Shown in pieces: positions 23,761-36,530 of a stretch of DNA of 64,000 nt. The notes below the pieces were generated by a model, which worked only from the letters and a program-made list of their open reading frames with translations, was not told the DNA's origin and made no database searches. Made by a program: the position numbers and the translations under genes. How positions within the stretch are numbered: position 1 is the first letter of the stretch; every line of letters starts with the position of its first letter. The stretch comes from Camelus ferus (Eukaryota). The DNA lies in contig NC_045716.1 in assembly GCF_009834535.1 (NCBI RefSeq), positions 14,756,001-14,820,000 of the forward strand, given 5' to 3'.

Positions 23761-24460
23761 ATTATCACAGAGAGAGAAGTCCAGGTAAGAACAGACCTGC
23801 TTTCAAGCAGAAAAGGACCAGATAGAGTAGATAAGAGTCCAGAATTTGGTAGATCTCTGGATTGTATCTCACACTGCAAGAGATAAAACTGGCCTTGCTC
23901 AAAGAACGCCCAACAACCCTTCTCAGTGAAGGACCCAGCTCTGAGACCAAGAACAGAATAAAGGCAGTATTATCTTTCTGCTATGTCTGTTTTTTCAGAT
24001 GGCCTTGAAGTAGCCTCCATAAGTTTGAAAAAAGAACCAAAACTTTTCATAGCTGCTTATCTGTATTCATCTCTTTATATAAAAATGTTTTTTTATGACA
24101 AGGTTTCCACCATATGCACTGGTTTTTTTTTTAAACACTATAAAAAAATCTTTAGAAATCATTTCATATTAGCCCTTAGAGCTCTATCTCTTCTCTTTAA
24201 CTGTGGCCTTTTTCTTTTTTTACAGCAGATGGATGTACCTATACTTCGTTTAACCAGACCCTTCTGGTGGACAATTCAGTTGGTTCCATTTTCCCCCCTC
24301 TACTATGAAAAAGGCTGCAGTGAATATCTTTGAAGAGTTGAAGAGATACTGTGGCATATTTTGCCAGAATATCCTTAGGGTAAATCCCTAGCAGTGGGAT
24401 TGTTGGGTTAATAAGTCTATACATTTTATTTTATTTTTCTAATGAGAGAGAACTGCTCTT

Positions 24461-25300
24461 TTTGTTTTAAACTGAAGTATTGTCAGTTTACAATATTGTG
24501 TCAATTTCTGGTGTACAGCATAATGTTTTAGTTCTATATATATATGTGTATATATATGTATATATATATATTCCTTTTCATATTCTTTTTCACTGTAAGT
24601 TACTACAGGATATTGAATATAGTTCCTTGTGTTATACAGTATAAACTTGTTGTTTATTTTCTATAGAGTAGTTAGTATCTGCAAATCTCAAGCTCCCAAT
24701 ATCCTTAATTCAAAAGGATACATCCATCCCAGTGTTCACAGCAGCACTATTTACAATAGCCAAGACATGGAAACAACCTGAACATCCATAAACAGATGAC
24801 TGGATAAAGAAGTTGTGGTATATTTATGCAATAGAATACTACTCAGCCATAAAAAAAGAATAAAATAATGCCATTTGCAGCAACATGGATGGACTTCGAG
24901 ATAGTCATACTAAGTGAAGTAAGCCAGAAAGAGAAAGAAAAATACCATATAATATCAGTCAAATGTAAAATCTTAAAAAAAAGACACAAATAGACTTATT
25001 TACAAAACAGAAACAGACTCACAGACATAGAAAACAAATTTATGGTTACCAGGAGGGAAGGGGGGTGGGAAGGGATAAACTGAGAGTCTGAGATTTGCAG
25101 ATATTAACTATAATATATATAAAATAGATAAAACAATGTTTCTACTGTATAGCACAGGGAACTATATTCAATGTCTTGTAGTAACCTATAACAAAAAAGA
25201 ATATAAAAAGAAATATATGTATGTATATGTATGACTGAAACATTATGCTGTACACCAGAAATTGACACAACATTGTAAACTGACAATACTTCAAAAAAAA
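24461..25300. mobile_element. Head-to-head pair of L1 3' ends (minus 24461-24700, plus 24702-25300)
   Basis: Both arms carry the same L1 terminus (gagatttgcagata...ctgtacaccagaaattgacacaa...ctgacaatacttca) in opposite orientation. Confidence 0.85.
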
Positions 25301-25909
25301 TTTATCAAACTTTTGCTTTGCAACTCATTGGCTTGGTGTTTTTCTTGGAAATGCCTTTTCCACTCAGGATCTAATATAAATTCATTCCTTCTTTATTCAG
25401 GAATTGTATGGATTTACTTTAGGCAAAATCTCTGATACATCTGTAATTAATTTTGGTATAAACAGTGAGCTATGTATGAATCCAGCCTTATTTTTCCTGA
25501 CATTCTTCAATTAGATTAGATTGCATATAAATTCACTGATCAGAAATGACACCTTTATTATGAATAAAAATGCCATGCCTATTTAGCTCTATTTCTGGAT
25601 TCTCTATTCTGTTCCACTGGAATCTTTTTCCTTCTCCAGCGGTCAACAATTTCAAGCATGGCGGCACTATCTGGGATTTTAAAAATGTTATCTTTTTGAT
25701 TGGTGCAGTCAATGCGGTCGGCAGAGGTGGAGATGAGGAATTAGCTGCGTGATTGGTGGTGCCAATATCAAAGGATAAGCCAGTGTGGCCAGGATGGCGA
25801 GCGCTGAGGCTTTGACCTTTGTGGTTGGTGTGTTTGGTGGAACTGGGCCAATTGCTCAGGCAGCGTGGTTGGGGCGGTCAGGCCCAAGAAGACAGCCTGA
25901 ATTGCCAGG

Positions 25910-26430
25910 AGATTGCTTACACACAGGGAACTGACTGAAGAAGTAAATATATTGAGAATAATGGAATCCAGACTTCTCACAATCTGAGAAGGGAATTATA
26001 AGTATGGAAAAGCACAGGCTGGACAAAACCCTGTGGTGTTCGTTTGGATTTGGAAATACCGGCGTGAACTCACGGTTTTGAATACGTACAAATAAACTGA
26101 CATAAAAATAGATTTATAAGTTGTGTGTGTGTATTCACATATTTCTAGTTCTATTTCCTGCGAGGACTCAAAGGCAGTAAAATCCCAGTAGGAATGAGAA
26201 TAACTAGTGGCCACATCTTGGTTTCTAAATACTAATTTCCACCAAAAGAAACCAGGGATCCTTGGATAAATGGCTGATTCCAGATACGGGGGGGTAAAAA
26301 AAAGTACAAGATGAGCCTGAAAGATATATTTTATGTGCCAGATGGTAAAAATTGCTCAAAGAATAATGAAGGATGTGTCATAAGGACATAAGAATCAGCT
26401 CTAAAGAGATTCCACTGGTTAAATTGTTGT
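25910..26430 (+). mobile_element. L1MC-type 3' fragment
   Basis: aagtaaatatattgagaataatggaatccagacttctcac...ggtttctaaatac...aaccagggatccttgga motifs. Confidence 0.65.
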
Positions 26431-27777
26431 TTTTTTTTTTAAAGTTTCTTACAGATGGTCAATTTAGTTGTCTCTCCTTCTCTTCCTCTCCCTCCTTTAA
26501 AATGTTTTTTGCTGTTACAAACATTGTAAGGAACCCAACCTCATAGACTATCTTGGCAAGATTTGGTAAATATAACCATAGTTTATCTCCTTATTTGTGG
26601 AAATGCTAAATCAACGTTACCATGAATATTGATGGCCACAGCCAAATATTCGTCCCCAAGAGTCCATCAGTTTATCCTCCCACAGCAGTGCCCCCGAGCC
26701 TGCATCTCTGCATTTCAACAATGGTCATCGTCAAACTTCACATGTTTTTCAACCTCAGAGATATTTCCTGTTTCATTTGCACTTATATAAGAATTAGTAA
26801 GTTTTATTATTCATTTTATTTGATGGCTGAAACTTTTTATTTGAAAATGGCCAGTTCTTATCATTTGCCTACTGTCATAAGAGTGTCATATTTTCTTTTT
26901 AATTTGTATAAGCTTTTTATAAGTTAAAGAAATTACTCCTATGCTGCCATATATGTAGTAAATATATACATATATATTTTTTCATTAGACATTGGTCTTT
27001 GGACTTTGTTTAGACAACTCTTACCCCATGGAGAAAAATTTTGTGTATCAAAATTTATCTTTCTTTTTTGTTTTTACTTTATAGGCTTTAGGTTTTATAT
27101 TTTTCTTAGCAAGGCCTTTCCCACCTTTATTCATGCTTTCTTTTTGAAATTTTATGGCTTATTTTATATTCAACACCTGGATATATGTTAAATCTTTGTT
27201 AATTTAGGTTGAAATATTTTAGGCACCAAAATGAGGGGATGCAGCAGGAGTCTAGCTTCCTCTGCCTCACTCACAAGTAATCCTGGATCTATGATTTCCC
27301 AACTTACTTGAAATGCCAGCTTTACTGTGAAATAAAATTCCATATGCATTGGGGCCTATTTTGGGGTTCTCCACTGTTTCACTGAGGTCTATTTTTTTTT
27401 CTCCAGTATAAAAAGTTTAAATTTTGCTCACTGCTTAGGTTTTACTAAGCAGAACATTCCCCCCCCCACCCCGAACCACAAAAGTCAAAACCATACATAG
27501 ATGCAGAGGCACAAAGAACACAAGTACCCTGAGCAGGGTCCCGTGGGAGAAGGAAGGAGTATTCATATGTGGCCATCTCACACAGAGGCTCATGGGCTAT
27601 AGATGCCAGGGGGACAAAGGTATGTTTTTGTGGGTTCTTGATTAGAAAGAAATGCTCCATACACACATAAAACTGCAAGCTAGATAAGCAATAGATATGA
27701 GGGCTAATGTCTTGGGCAAAATCTGATTTCATTCCAAATAACAGTGTACCTAGTGCCTACTTGATTGGTTATTCTTT

Positions 27778-28110
27778 TTGTTATTGTTGTTGAAGTATAG
27801 TTGATTTATATTATCGTATTAGTTTCAGGTGTACAGCATAGTGATTCAGCATTTTTGCTCATTTATTCCATTATAGGTTATTAAAACATAATGAGTATTA
27901 ATTTCCCGTGCTGTACAACACATCCTTGTTGCTTATCTCTTTTGTATATAGTACTTTGTATCTGTTAACCTCATACCCCTAATTTGTCCCTCCTTGCTTC
28001 CCTCTGACCTTTGGTAACCACAAGATTGTTTCCTATGTCTGTGTGTGTGTTTCTGTCTTGCATATACATGGATTTGTATTATTTTTTAGATTCCACATAG
28101 AAGTAATATC
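27778..28110 (-). mobile_element. L1 3' fragment with 12-bp TSD
   Basis: TSD TGGTTATTCTTT at 27766-27777 and 28111-28122. Confidence 0.85.
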
Positions 28111-29177
28111 TGGTTATTCTTTATTTAACCTAGCTGCAGGTGTCTAGTTTTCCATGGTGACAGGGAGGAGGTGGACTGTGACCTCCTTCAGTTAGAAATG
28201 GGAGCTGGTGCAGTAAAACTTTGGTTATCTCATACCCTCAAGAAATGACTCAGTTTTCTGGAAATATAAAAGCCTTTAAATAACACAATATACTTCATAC
28301 TATCTATTTGAATAGATAGCTTTCTCAAATGCATCACAACCAAGCCTCTCTTATGTCTAAAAATGTCATTAATATAGCTCAGGCACAGTTGTTAAGTAAA
28401 TCAGGTCCCACAGAAAAGCAATGGTTTCCAGCCCCACCCAGTCCTGCTGTCCTGAGCGACTACTTCTGAACTTTCTACATTTGATTTTTCTGGTAGTCGC
28501 CTCCTTAACTCTATCATGTGTATGCTCCTTCTTAATACATCAGTTTCAGACACTGCCTTTTGACTGCATGCGATGACAGCTGAGTTTCATCACCCTGTCC
28601 CCACCCTGTACATTTATATAAACTTCCTCTCTGCTTCCATGACCATCTGTGTTCTTTCAAACGACCTACTCACGTCTATTACCTTTTCCATTGTCTAGAT
28701 GCAGTATTTCTTGACACCCCTACATCTGACATTTGCGTTTACACTTTGCTCTCCCCACTCCTCCCCTCTCCCACTTCTCTACATCTTTCAGCTATGTTTT
28801 TACTTTTCCATAATCAAGATGATCTGCCCTCTGTTCTATAAGCATGGTTAACTCTCCAGTGTCCTATTAATAGTTGGCGCCTAAAGTTTGAAAACCAAAT
28901 AATCAGTGTTAACGTTAGGATGGCTTTGTAGATATTGTTCATCACATAACCAAATATTGTACTGTTTTTCCTTTCTTTTCCCTTCTTTCTTTCTTTCTTT
29001 TGTCTAATGTTATGATCACTGTGCCATTAAGTGGAGAACACTGCTGACGGTCAACTGCAATGGAATTGACCCTTTCTTCTTAAATTCGGGCATAATGAAC
29101 ATGATGTAACTTTCCTTAGTGTGACAGAGACTGTTAACTGTATACCAAAACTCATTCTTCACTTCTTTTGTTACTCC

Positions 29178-29578
29178 ATTTGCTATTCAGCTCAGGCTGC
29201 TAAAACACAACACCATAAACTGGGTGGTGTAAACAACGTTTATTTCTCACACTTCTGGAGGCTAGAAGTTGTGATCAAGGTGCTGCCAGACTTGATTCTG
29301 GGTGAGGGCTCTCTTCCTGGCTGCCTTCTCATGGTAAAGAGAGAGAGAGACAGGAGTGGAGAGGGAGAGGGAGAGAGAGAGGCACACTTGGTCTCTTCCT
29401 CTTCATATAATGACCTTCTAAGTCCCTAATAGACACTAATCCCCATCATGGGTGCTCCATCCTCACGATCTCATCTACAACTATTTACCTTCCCAAGGTC
29501 TATCTCTAAATATGATTGCACCGGGGTTTAGGGTTTGAACATACAGATTTTTGTGGGGGATACATTCAGTCCGTAACA
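29178..29578 (-). mobile_element. MLT1A/B-type MaLR LTR
   Basis: caggctgctaaaacac...tttatttctcacacttctggaggctagaag...gggggatacattcagtccgtaaca is the reverse-strand MLT1 pattern. Confidence 0.8.
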
Positions 29579-32500
29579 CTCTGTTAGACTGCATTTCCCA
29601 TCTTCCCTCATAGGTGGTGTGACCATGTGACTGAGTTATACCTTTTTGGATAGACAGAGTCCACCAGAGGCCCCAAGCATCCCTGTACATCTTTGGTGAG
29701 TGTGCCTGACTGGTATACTTTGTAGGTCAAGATGACTGGCTCTTTTCATCCCCAATCCCTGCGATGATCCATCACATAGGCTCAGATTACATCCCTCACT
29801 CAGAGTCTCAGAGAACTCTTCTACCCATCTAGGTGTGTTACCATGACGTTTGGATTGAAACACTTACCCAGATAATCCACTGTCTCTTCTAGAAGTCAAA
29901 TCTACTGTGATCAGGCAGGGGCATCCTAGGATGTTACAAACACTTACTAAGCCTTCGACCACTGAGCATCAGGGCCACCAATGTTGAAGCTTCAGGATAC
30001 CAGGTGACAAACAATCCTCTCCCGGGAGCCGAGAGGTTTCCCCCCACTGAACATGCAGTTCTCAGCAAGTAGCTGTGTCTCCGCCTCCCACGCCCTTGGC
30101 TGAAACTCCTTGGGCCCTTTGCTGTTGCCATGCCGCTTCACAATCCTGGCTTGCCGTGACATTTCTCACCAGGGCTTAGCCACGCTGGTCCTAGGGCGTT
30201 TCTGGAAATTTAGCCATGGTCAGCCTGTGGGCCCTCCGAGCCTCCCAGACGTTCTGCTGGGAGCCCCGTTGCTCTGGGGCTGCTCTGGCTCCTCGTCTCC
30301 CTCCACCACACTCCTTGTGCCCTTGGTTTATCAGTGAGCTTCCTTCCGCATCAGTCACTCGCTCAGGCTTTGGGCCATGGCTCTTTTTCTAACCTTTGTC
30401 CCCAAGGCTCTGCCCTTGGCTTTATGATCCAGTTTGGACGTGCCCAGACCCTCATGGTGCTCAGAGTCTGGGCAGTGATCTCCTCATGCCCGTGGGTGTG
30501 AAGTGGGACAGTGAGAAGCCCAGGTGATCCTGGTGACTCTGGATTGTCCATCAGTCTCGTGGAAACACCTGTGGAAAGGAGGGAGGTGGATTGTGGTGAG
30601 AAAACAGCCAAATGGGCAGAGAATGGGTTAACCACATGAAGCTGCTGCTTCTCAGAGGAGTGAATGCGGTTAGAGATCCTAAGTCAAAAGCAGGAGGGGC
30701 ACTGAGACGGGCACAGGGGGAGCTCCCAGGGCACACGTCCTCTCCAGGGCCCAGCTCGTTCACGGAAAAGGACGTGGTGATTCATTCCCAGAGGTCTGGA
30801 GGATCAGAAGAGGGTGGTGCTGTCACAGGGCCAGAGGTGGGCCAGCGCTGCCTCCCAGGGGCTTACAGTGTGGGAGTGCAGGTGTGCGACCCCAGCAGCG
30901 CTCTCCTAATCTACGAATCTCCAGCTCCCTCTCCAACCTTTTTCCTCCCTCAGGTGGTGGAAGCCCAAGGGTTGCAAAACCAGTTTTCAGGAACCTCCTT
31001 CCCAGCCCAGCTTCAAAATATGGACGTGATTGCTACTCAGCAAAAAAACAAAACAAAACAAAACAAAACCCACAACCCACCAACCAAAAAACCATCTAGT
31101 GGCATTTACAACCTCTTGGGGAGGAGAGTGGTGGCTGGAGGACAAAGAGGAGAGGCTTTCCGCTTGTGGACTTGAATTCTAAACCTCTATTATTTACCCA
31201 TAAATATACAGTTACTTAAAAACACAGCAAAGAATGACCAAGCACATTTTTTTAAATGTTAGTTGGACAACCTCAAAAGGAGAGGCGGTGTTGCATAAGG
31301 GAGGGGCTGAAATAAAGAGCACGGAGTTATACAACATTGTAAACCAACAATACTTCAGGAAAACAAAACAAAACAAAACAAAACAGACACAGAGTTGGGA
31401 GTCCGGCGCCCTGCAGGATTGCAGGGGAAACAGCGTCTGCAGGCCCACACACGTCCTGGGGTGTAAAACGCCCAGAGGAAAGAGACTCACGCGATGTTCG
31501 CAAGGCCGCCACAGGTCCGCGGGACGCCCCCTCTGAGGGCGGGCCTGCCAACTGGAAACTCTCCTCACCCGGCAGCAGCTCTTCAAGTAGACTTCACCAC
31601 TGAAAATTTTCACACCGATGTAGATGATGATCGGCTATTTTTCAAGATAAATGGCCTGCAGCCTTGCAGGAAATTCAGGGTCTTGTGTCTGCTCCTTAGC
31701 TCCAGATTTCAATTTAGCAATCACATAAGTAATCAAGACTAATGAAGTCCAATCCATGAAAACAACCAGGGCTATGTTTTCTAAATCTTTTTTGACCACT
31801 TTCTTGCAGTGAGAAGTAGATTTTACACTGCAGCCTAGTATACGTGTTCAGGCAAATTCACACACACACACGAAATAATTTTTTAAAAATAATACTTCTT
31901 TTAATTACATGGAAAGGACTCAATTTTCTGTTCTTTACCAAATACATTTGGTATTTTTGTGTTTTTTGGATTAAATAGTAATAAATCACCCAAATTTATT
32001 TTTAGATATGAATTAGTGAATTCAATTGGTTTCAGGTGAAATTGGCACCAACGGACATATCACTCAAAGCATGAAAGGCTCTCCTGAGTTTCAATGATTT
32101 TGTGAATATCTTCCACAGTGAATATTATTACCACTGCATTTTAATCATATGCGATTTACTTAGAGTATGTCATCCAATGAAATCAGTTTTCAGAAAGTCA
32201 GATAAAAGTGCGTCCCTTTTGAAATCACAACGTTTCTATTTGGTGGAGTGATTTGGGATGGCATTTGGCCATGGAAATATGATAATACTTTTCTCTTTTA
32301 TTATGAGCTACATATTTAAACTAGTAGTGAAAACCACGTGTGGTGTGAAAATGAATACGTTTTAGAAATATATAAAGCAAACTTACTTCACAAAATAAAA
32401 TATTAACAACTTTAAGAAGAATTTTTGTAGCACCCATTACCCAGATCATGATAAAAAAATGGAGCGCAATAGAAATAAGTCATTGGTTCACTGCATAAAA

Positions 32501-33399
32501 AATGCAGTACCGTGAATATCACAGGACACACTTCAGTTAGTATTTTGGAAACAAATGATTTAATCTTTAGTTGGTCATGTATTGTTTTTTTTTCTCGTTT
32601 TTGCACCTTTATGATGAGAACCGTGTCCTATTCATCTTTGCATCCCCTCCTTAGATCATGATGCATTGCACCTTGACTGCCAAACAAAAAAAAAGCAATA
32701 AAGCCATGTCCTTTACATCAAGGTGAAATGTCTCAAATATTCAAAATGTTTTCTAAGACTGAGCTTTAAATCATAATGAAACCATCCAATCCCTTTTCTC
32801 TTTCCCAAACCTTTTTTTTTTTTTCCTCCTTAGGACTAGTTGAACCGCTACATATATCTTATGCTAGTACTTAAAAATTTGGTACCCAATACCTATTATA
32901 ATATTTTTTAATCCTGTAATTTTGTAGAATAGGTTCTGATTCTGGCTGAAGTAGCTGAAAGGAAGTGATGGATGAAGTCATTTAAACTGATACTGTGAAA
33001 ATAAATAAGTAAATAGATAGACAATCAATCTATCCATCGATCAATCTCACGCATTTATTTGGGTGTTTGTCACACATCTACTCTAGCTTGGTACCACTGA
33101 TTCTTTCATTCAACATGTAACTGAGTGCCTATTCTCCAGCATATATTACCTCATACAAATAATTTAGGGATGTGGAGTGGAACGTGTTTATATGATTTTG
33201 TGCAATACTGTGTCCCCATCCACCCAGATAGGGGGAAGACAGCCAGGGCAGAGACTGCAGTGCGCCGTGTTGGGACGCAGGGGAGACTGCCCAGTTGCCT
33301 CCTCTCACAGGGAGATAGTCCTGAAGGCTTTGGAGAGAAGGCCACGTCCAGTATGGCAGATTAATGGCATGCACTCTCCATGTTTGGCTGATTACTACC

Positions 33400-33640
33400 C
33401 CTCTTTTAAAATAATCAGCTTTATTGATATATAACTTACATACATTAAAATGCCCCCATTCAAAGCATGCATCTCCGTGAGTCTTGACAAATGTATACCC
33501 TTGTGTACCCACCACCCAATGAAAGCATAGAACATTTCCAGCATCCAAAAGACTTCCCTCGTGCCCCTTTGCATGAGAAGGGTCCATCCCCAACCACACT
33601 CCTGGCTCTAGGCAACCACTGATCTGCTTTTGCTTTCCTT
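33400..33640 (-). mobile_element. L1MB-type 3' fragment
   Basis: cagctttattgatatataacttacatac...gacaaatgtatacc...ctaggcaaccactgatctg. Confidence 0.75.
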
Positions 33641-36329
33641 TTATTGGCCCTGTGAAATGTGACAATTGATCCCCAGCGAATCAAAAGGGAAGTGTTGGGT
33701 TAGGGTGGGAAAGGAGAGCTGTACACCGATGAGGCTGGTGTGATGGTGACAGTGTTGACCTATGAGAGACGCCCAAGGAAGATGAATCCTGAGGGATGAG
33801 GGTTGATGGGTATAGCGGGGAGACATGCCCTCCTTTGGAAGCCTTGGAGAATTGGCTCAGCTTGCCAAGATCAGTGGGTTGTTTTTTTTTTAAGATATTT
33901 GGATGAGGGCAGAAGGACTGAAACTGACAGAGCAGATAGATGTACTGAAGGCCCTTCCTGAGAACGCCTAGTTCCAGATGAGTAAGGGGTTAGAAGTAGG
34001 AATTCGACCAGAAATTCTGAATCCTGCTGAGGCCCTTCCCTATCCAAGGTCTGCTTCTCAGGAAACCCAAAATATGATGGTTTCTAATCTTAGGCATGTT
34101 TCACATAAGTCCGGAGATTTTATGTGTCCCTAGTTAGTTACTTCCTCGCTCCTCATTTTAAACAGGTTTTAAAACATTTATCATTCTTCTAAGGCCCTTT
34201 CCTTCCCACCTCTCCTTTCACACCAAGTGAATGGCCTCCCCTCTACTTCACTGAGAAACTAAAGGCTGTCAGGAAAGAATTCCTCCAACTCCCATCTCCT
34301 CTTCTCTTTCTTCTGCTCGATTTTTCTCCGTCAGCCTCCCCAACCCTAGGTGCCCCTCTCCTGTTAGTGGTGGAAGGGACGTCCCTCTGTCTGAGTCTGA
34401 TTGCTCAACGTCCACTCTGGGCCCCCTCCTCTCTTGACTCCTCAGAGACACTCCAGTCAGCTTCCAGGGATGTACAGCGTGTCTTCCAGGTTGGGCACAT
34501 TGGGCTCAGGCGTCAGTTTGTAAGAAGAGCTGATGCTTGTGTAATCATTCGCTTCTAACCAGAGCATCCTTGACACTGGCAGTCGAGCATCTCTGGGCTT
34601 GAGAGGATGTAACAGGAGCAGAGAAAGGAAGCCGCTCTTGAGGGAAGCGTCACAGTGTGAGCCTCTTCACGGGGACACAGCGCTTTGGGAGGTCTCTGAG
34701 CCTTCCCACTCTAGAGTGGCTCTGCCTGAGGCTGGGGCCACTCCCTGTTCACCCGTGGCTCTTGGTTGAGGGACAGGACACTGCTATACCTCTTCAAACA
34801 CTTGAAAAGGTTTGGAGAGGAAGGAGAGGTGGAGAATGCTCAGAGAAGCATGGAGCAATCCTGTTCTCAACTCAGGAGACATGTTATAATTCACTTGCTG
34901 CTAATCTTAATTTATGACAGTCATCTTGATGATAAGACAGAACACAGAATATTTCCATTGGAAGGGGCCTAGAGATCTAACGGAGTCTTTCATTGCTCAC
35001 ACAAAGGGAAAAGGGAGAGCTAATACTTATTGAGTAAGATGTTTTACAGGTGTTATAAATCTTACAAGGTGGTTATCATCCCCACTTTGTAGATAACGAG
35101 ACAGCCACTCAGAAGAATGAAGTAACTGGCCTAGCAACACGAGGTAAGGGCCAGGGCTGGGACTAGAACCAGGTTTCCTGATTCCTAAGCCACTTGTCTT
35201 TGGTAATGGCTTTAACCCAAATCCGGCGAGGCAGTGCTCTCCTAATTTTAATGCCCCAATCTATGTCCTCAGTAGAAGATCAGATCATCTAAAGAACTCA
35301 GACAGATACTGCTCAGGAAAAATTTGAAGGTAACATAAGATCAGCCAATAGCATTTCATTACTCAGCCCTTTTGGACCCTAGTTTGACTGGTGGGATGTT
35401 AAACCCACTGGAACCCTGCTGTGTGCCTTGCTCAAATTCCACTGAAAGTTTGAGTTAGAGATACACGTTTTCCAGAAGTAGGGAGTTGTTGTTGAGTACA
35501 GGACCAGCCATCAGGGTCAAATGGGGGAGAAAGGAACCCATGTTTGCTTATAACAATGAGAACTGAGAACTTTTCAAAGGAAAGAGGGGCTAAGGGAAGA
35601 GAAAGGACCACAGATTGTGGAATGTGAAAGAAGAAAGAAGATGCAAAGAGAGCTTTTTCAGGGCAATAAGACTTAAGAGAGTCAGGGCAGTAGCAACAGA
35701 GCCCTCACTGAAAACGGAGTCACTTGGGAGGGAGGGAGGGAGGGAGCACTCTGGTTGTCATTCTGTGCCACCTTGTGGCCACCTTATCAGTTCCCACCAA
35801 ATACTTCACTTCTCTTACTCCCTTTTCAGTTCCTGTTATCCTTACCTCCCTTTGAAAGTCAAAGTCACTTGAGTTGTGCCCACCAGCGACACTTAATTTC
35901 AGTGATGGGTTTCAGGGCACTGGTTTCTTTGGCCTCTCCTTGGTAGCAAAAAGGATCAAACTGTGGAATTCTGAGAGCTATGGAGAGAGGGACAGGGAAT
36001 AGAGGAGGTTCTGGTGTGTTTCCTTCCAAGCTGCTGCTGCTACTGGTATGGTCAGAGTGGAACTACTGTTGGGAAATTACACCATCAATGCATGAGGGTT
36101 CACACTCAACCTTGTACTGTATTAGAAATGAAAACAGATTCTGATGCTTTTACTGAATTTTAAGCAAAAGCTTGTTTGCTTAATTAATATCCTGCACACC
36201 AAGTATGGCCTATGGCAAGAAAGGAACAAGCAAGTATGAGAAATTATGCCCCCATCTCTTTACCCAAAGAATGGTCCTGCCAGAGACACTCACATGGTGG
36301 CAAACTGATGTGGGGTTGGGACTGTGGTT

Positions 36330-36530
36330 TTATAACCTATTCCAAGCAATTTATATACTTAATCCACTTAATCTTTACAACAACCCTAAGAAGTTGGTAC
36401 CATTCCATCTCCCTTTTACAGATAAGGAGACTGAGGCTGAAAAACTTGTCTAGGGTCACCCAGATAGGAGGTGCCAGGGTTGGGATCTGAACCCAGGAGT
36501 TTGTGTTCATAACCCTCAGCATGCGCTGTC
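36330..36530 (-). mobile_element. MIR SINE
   Basis: ttttacagataaggagactgaggct...ggtcacccag...gggatctgaacccagg. Confidence 0.75.

Noticed and set aside
30612-31175. 187-aa plus-strand ORF
   Set aside because: Runs through an (AAAAC)n microsatellite, no domain, no splice logic.
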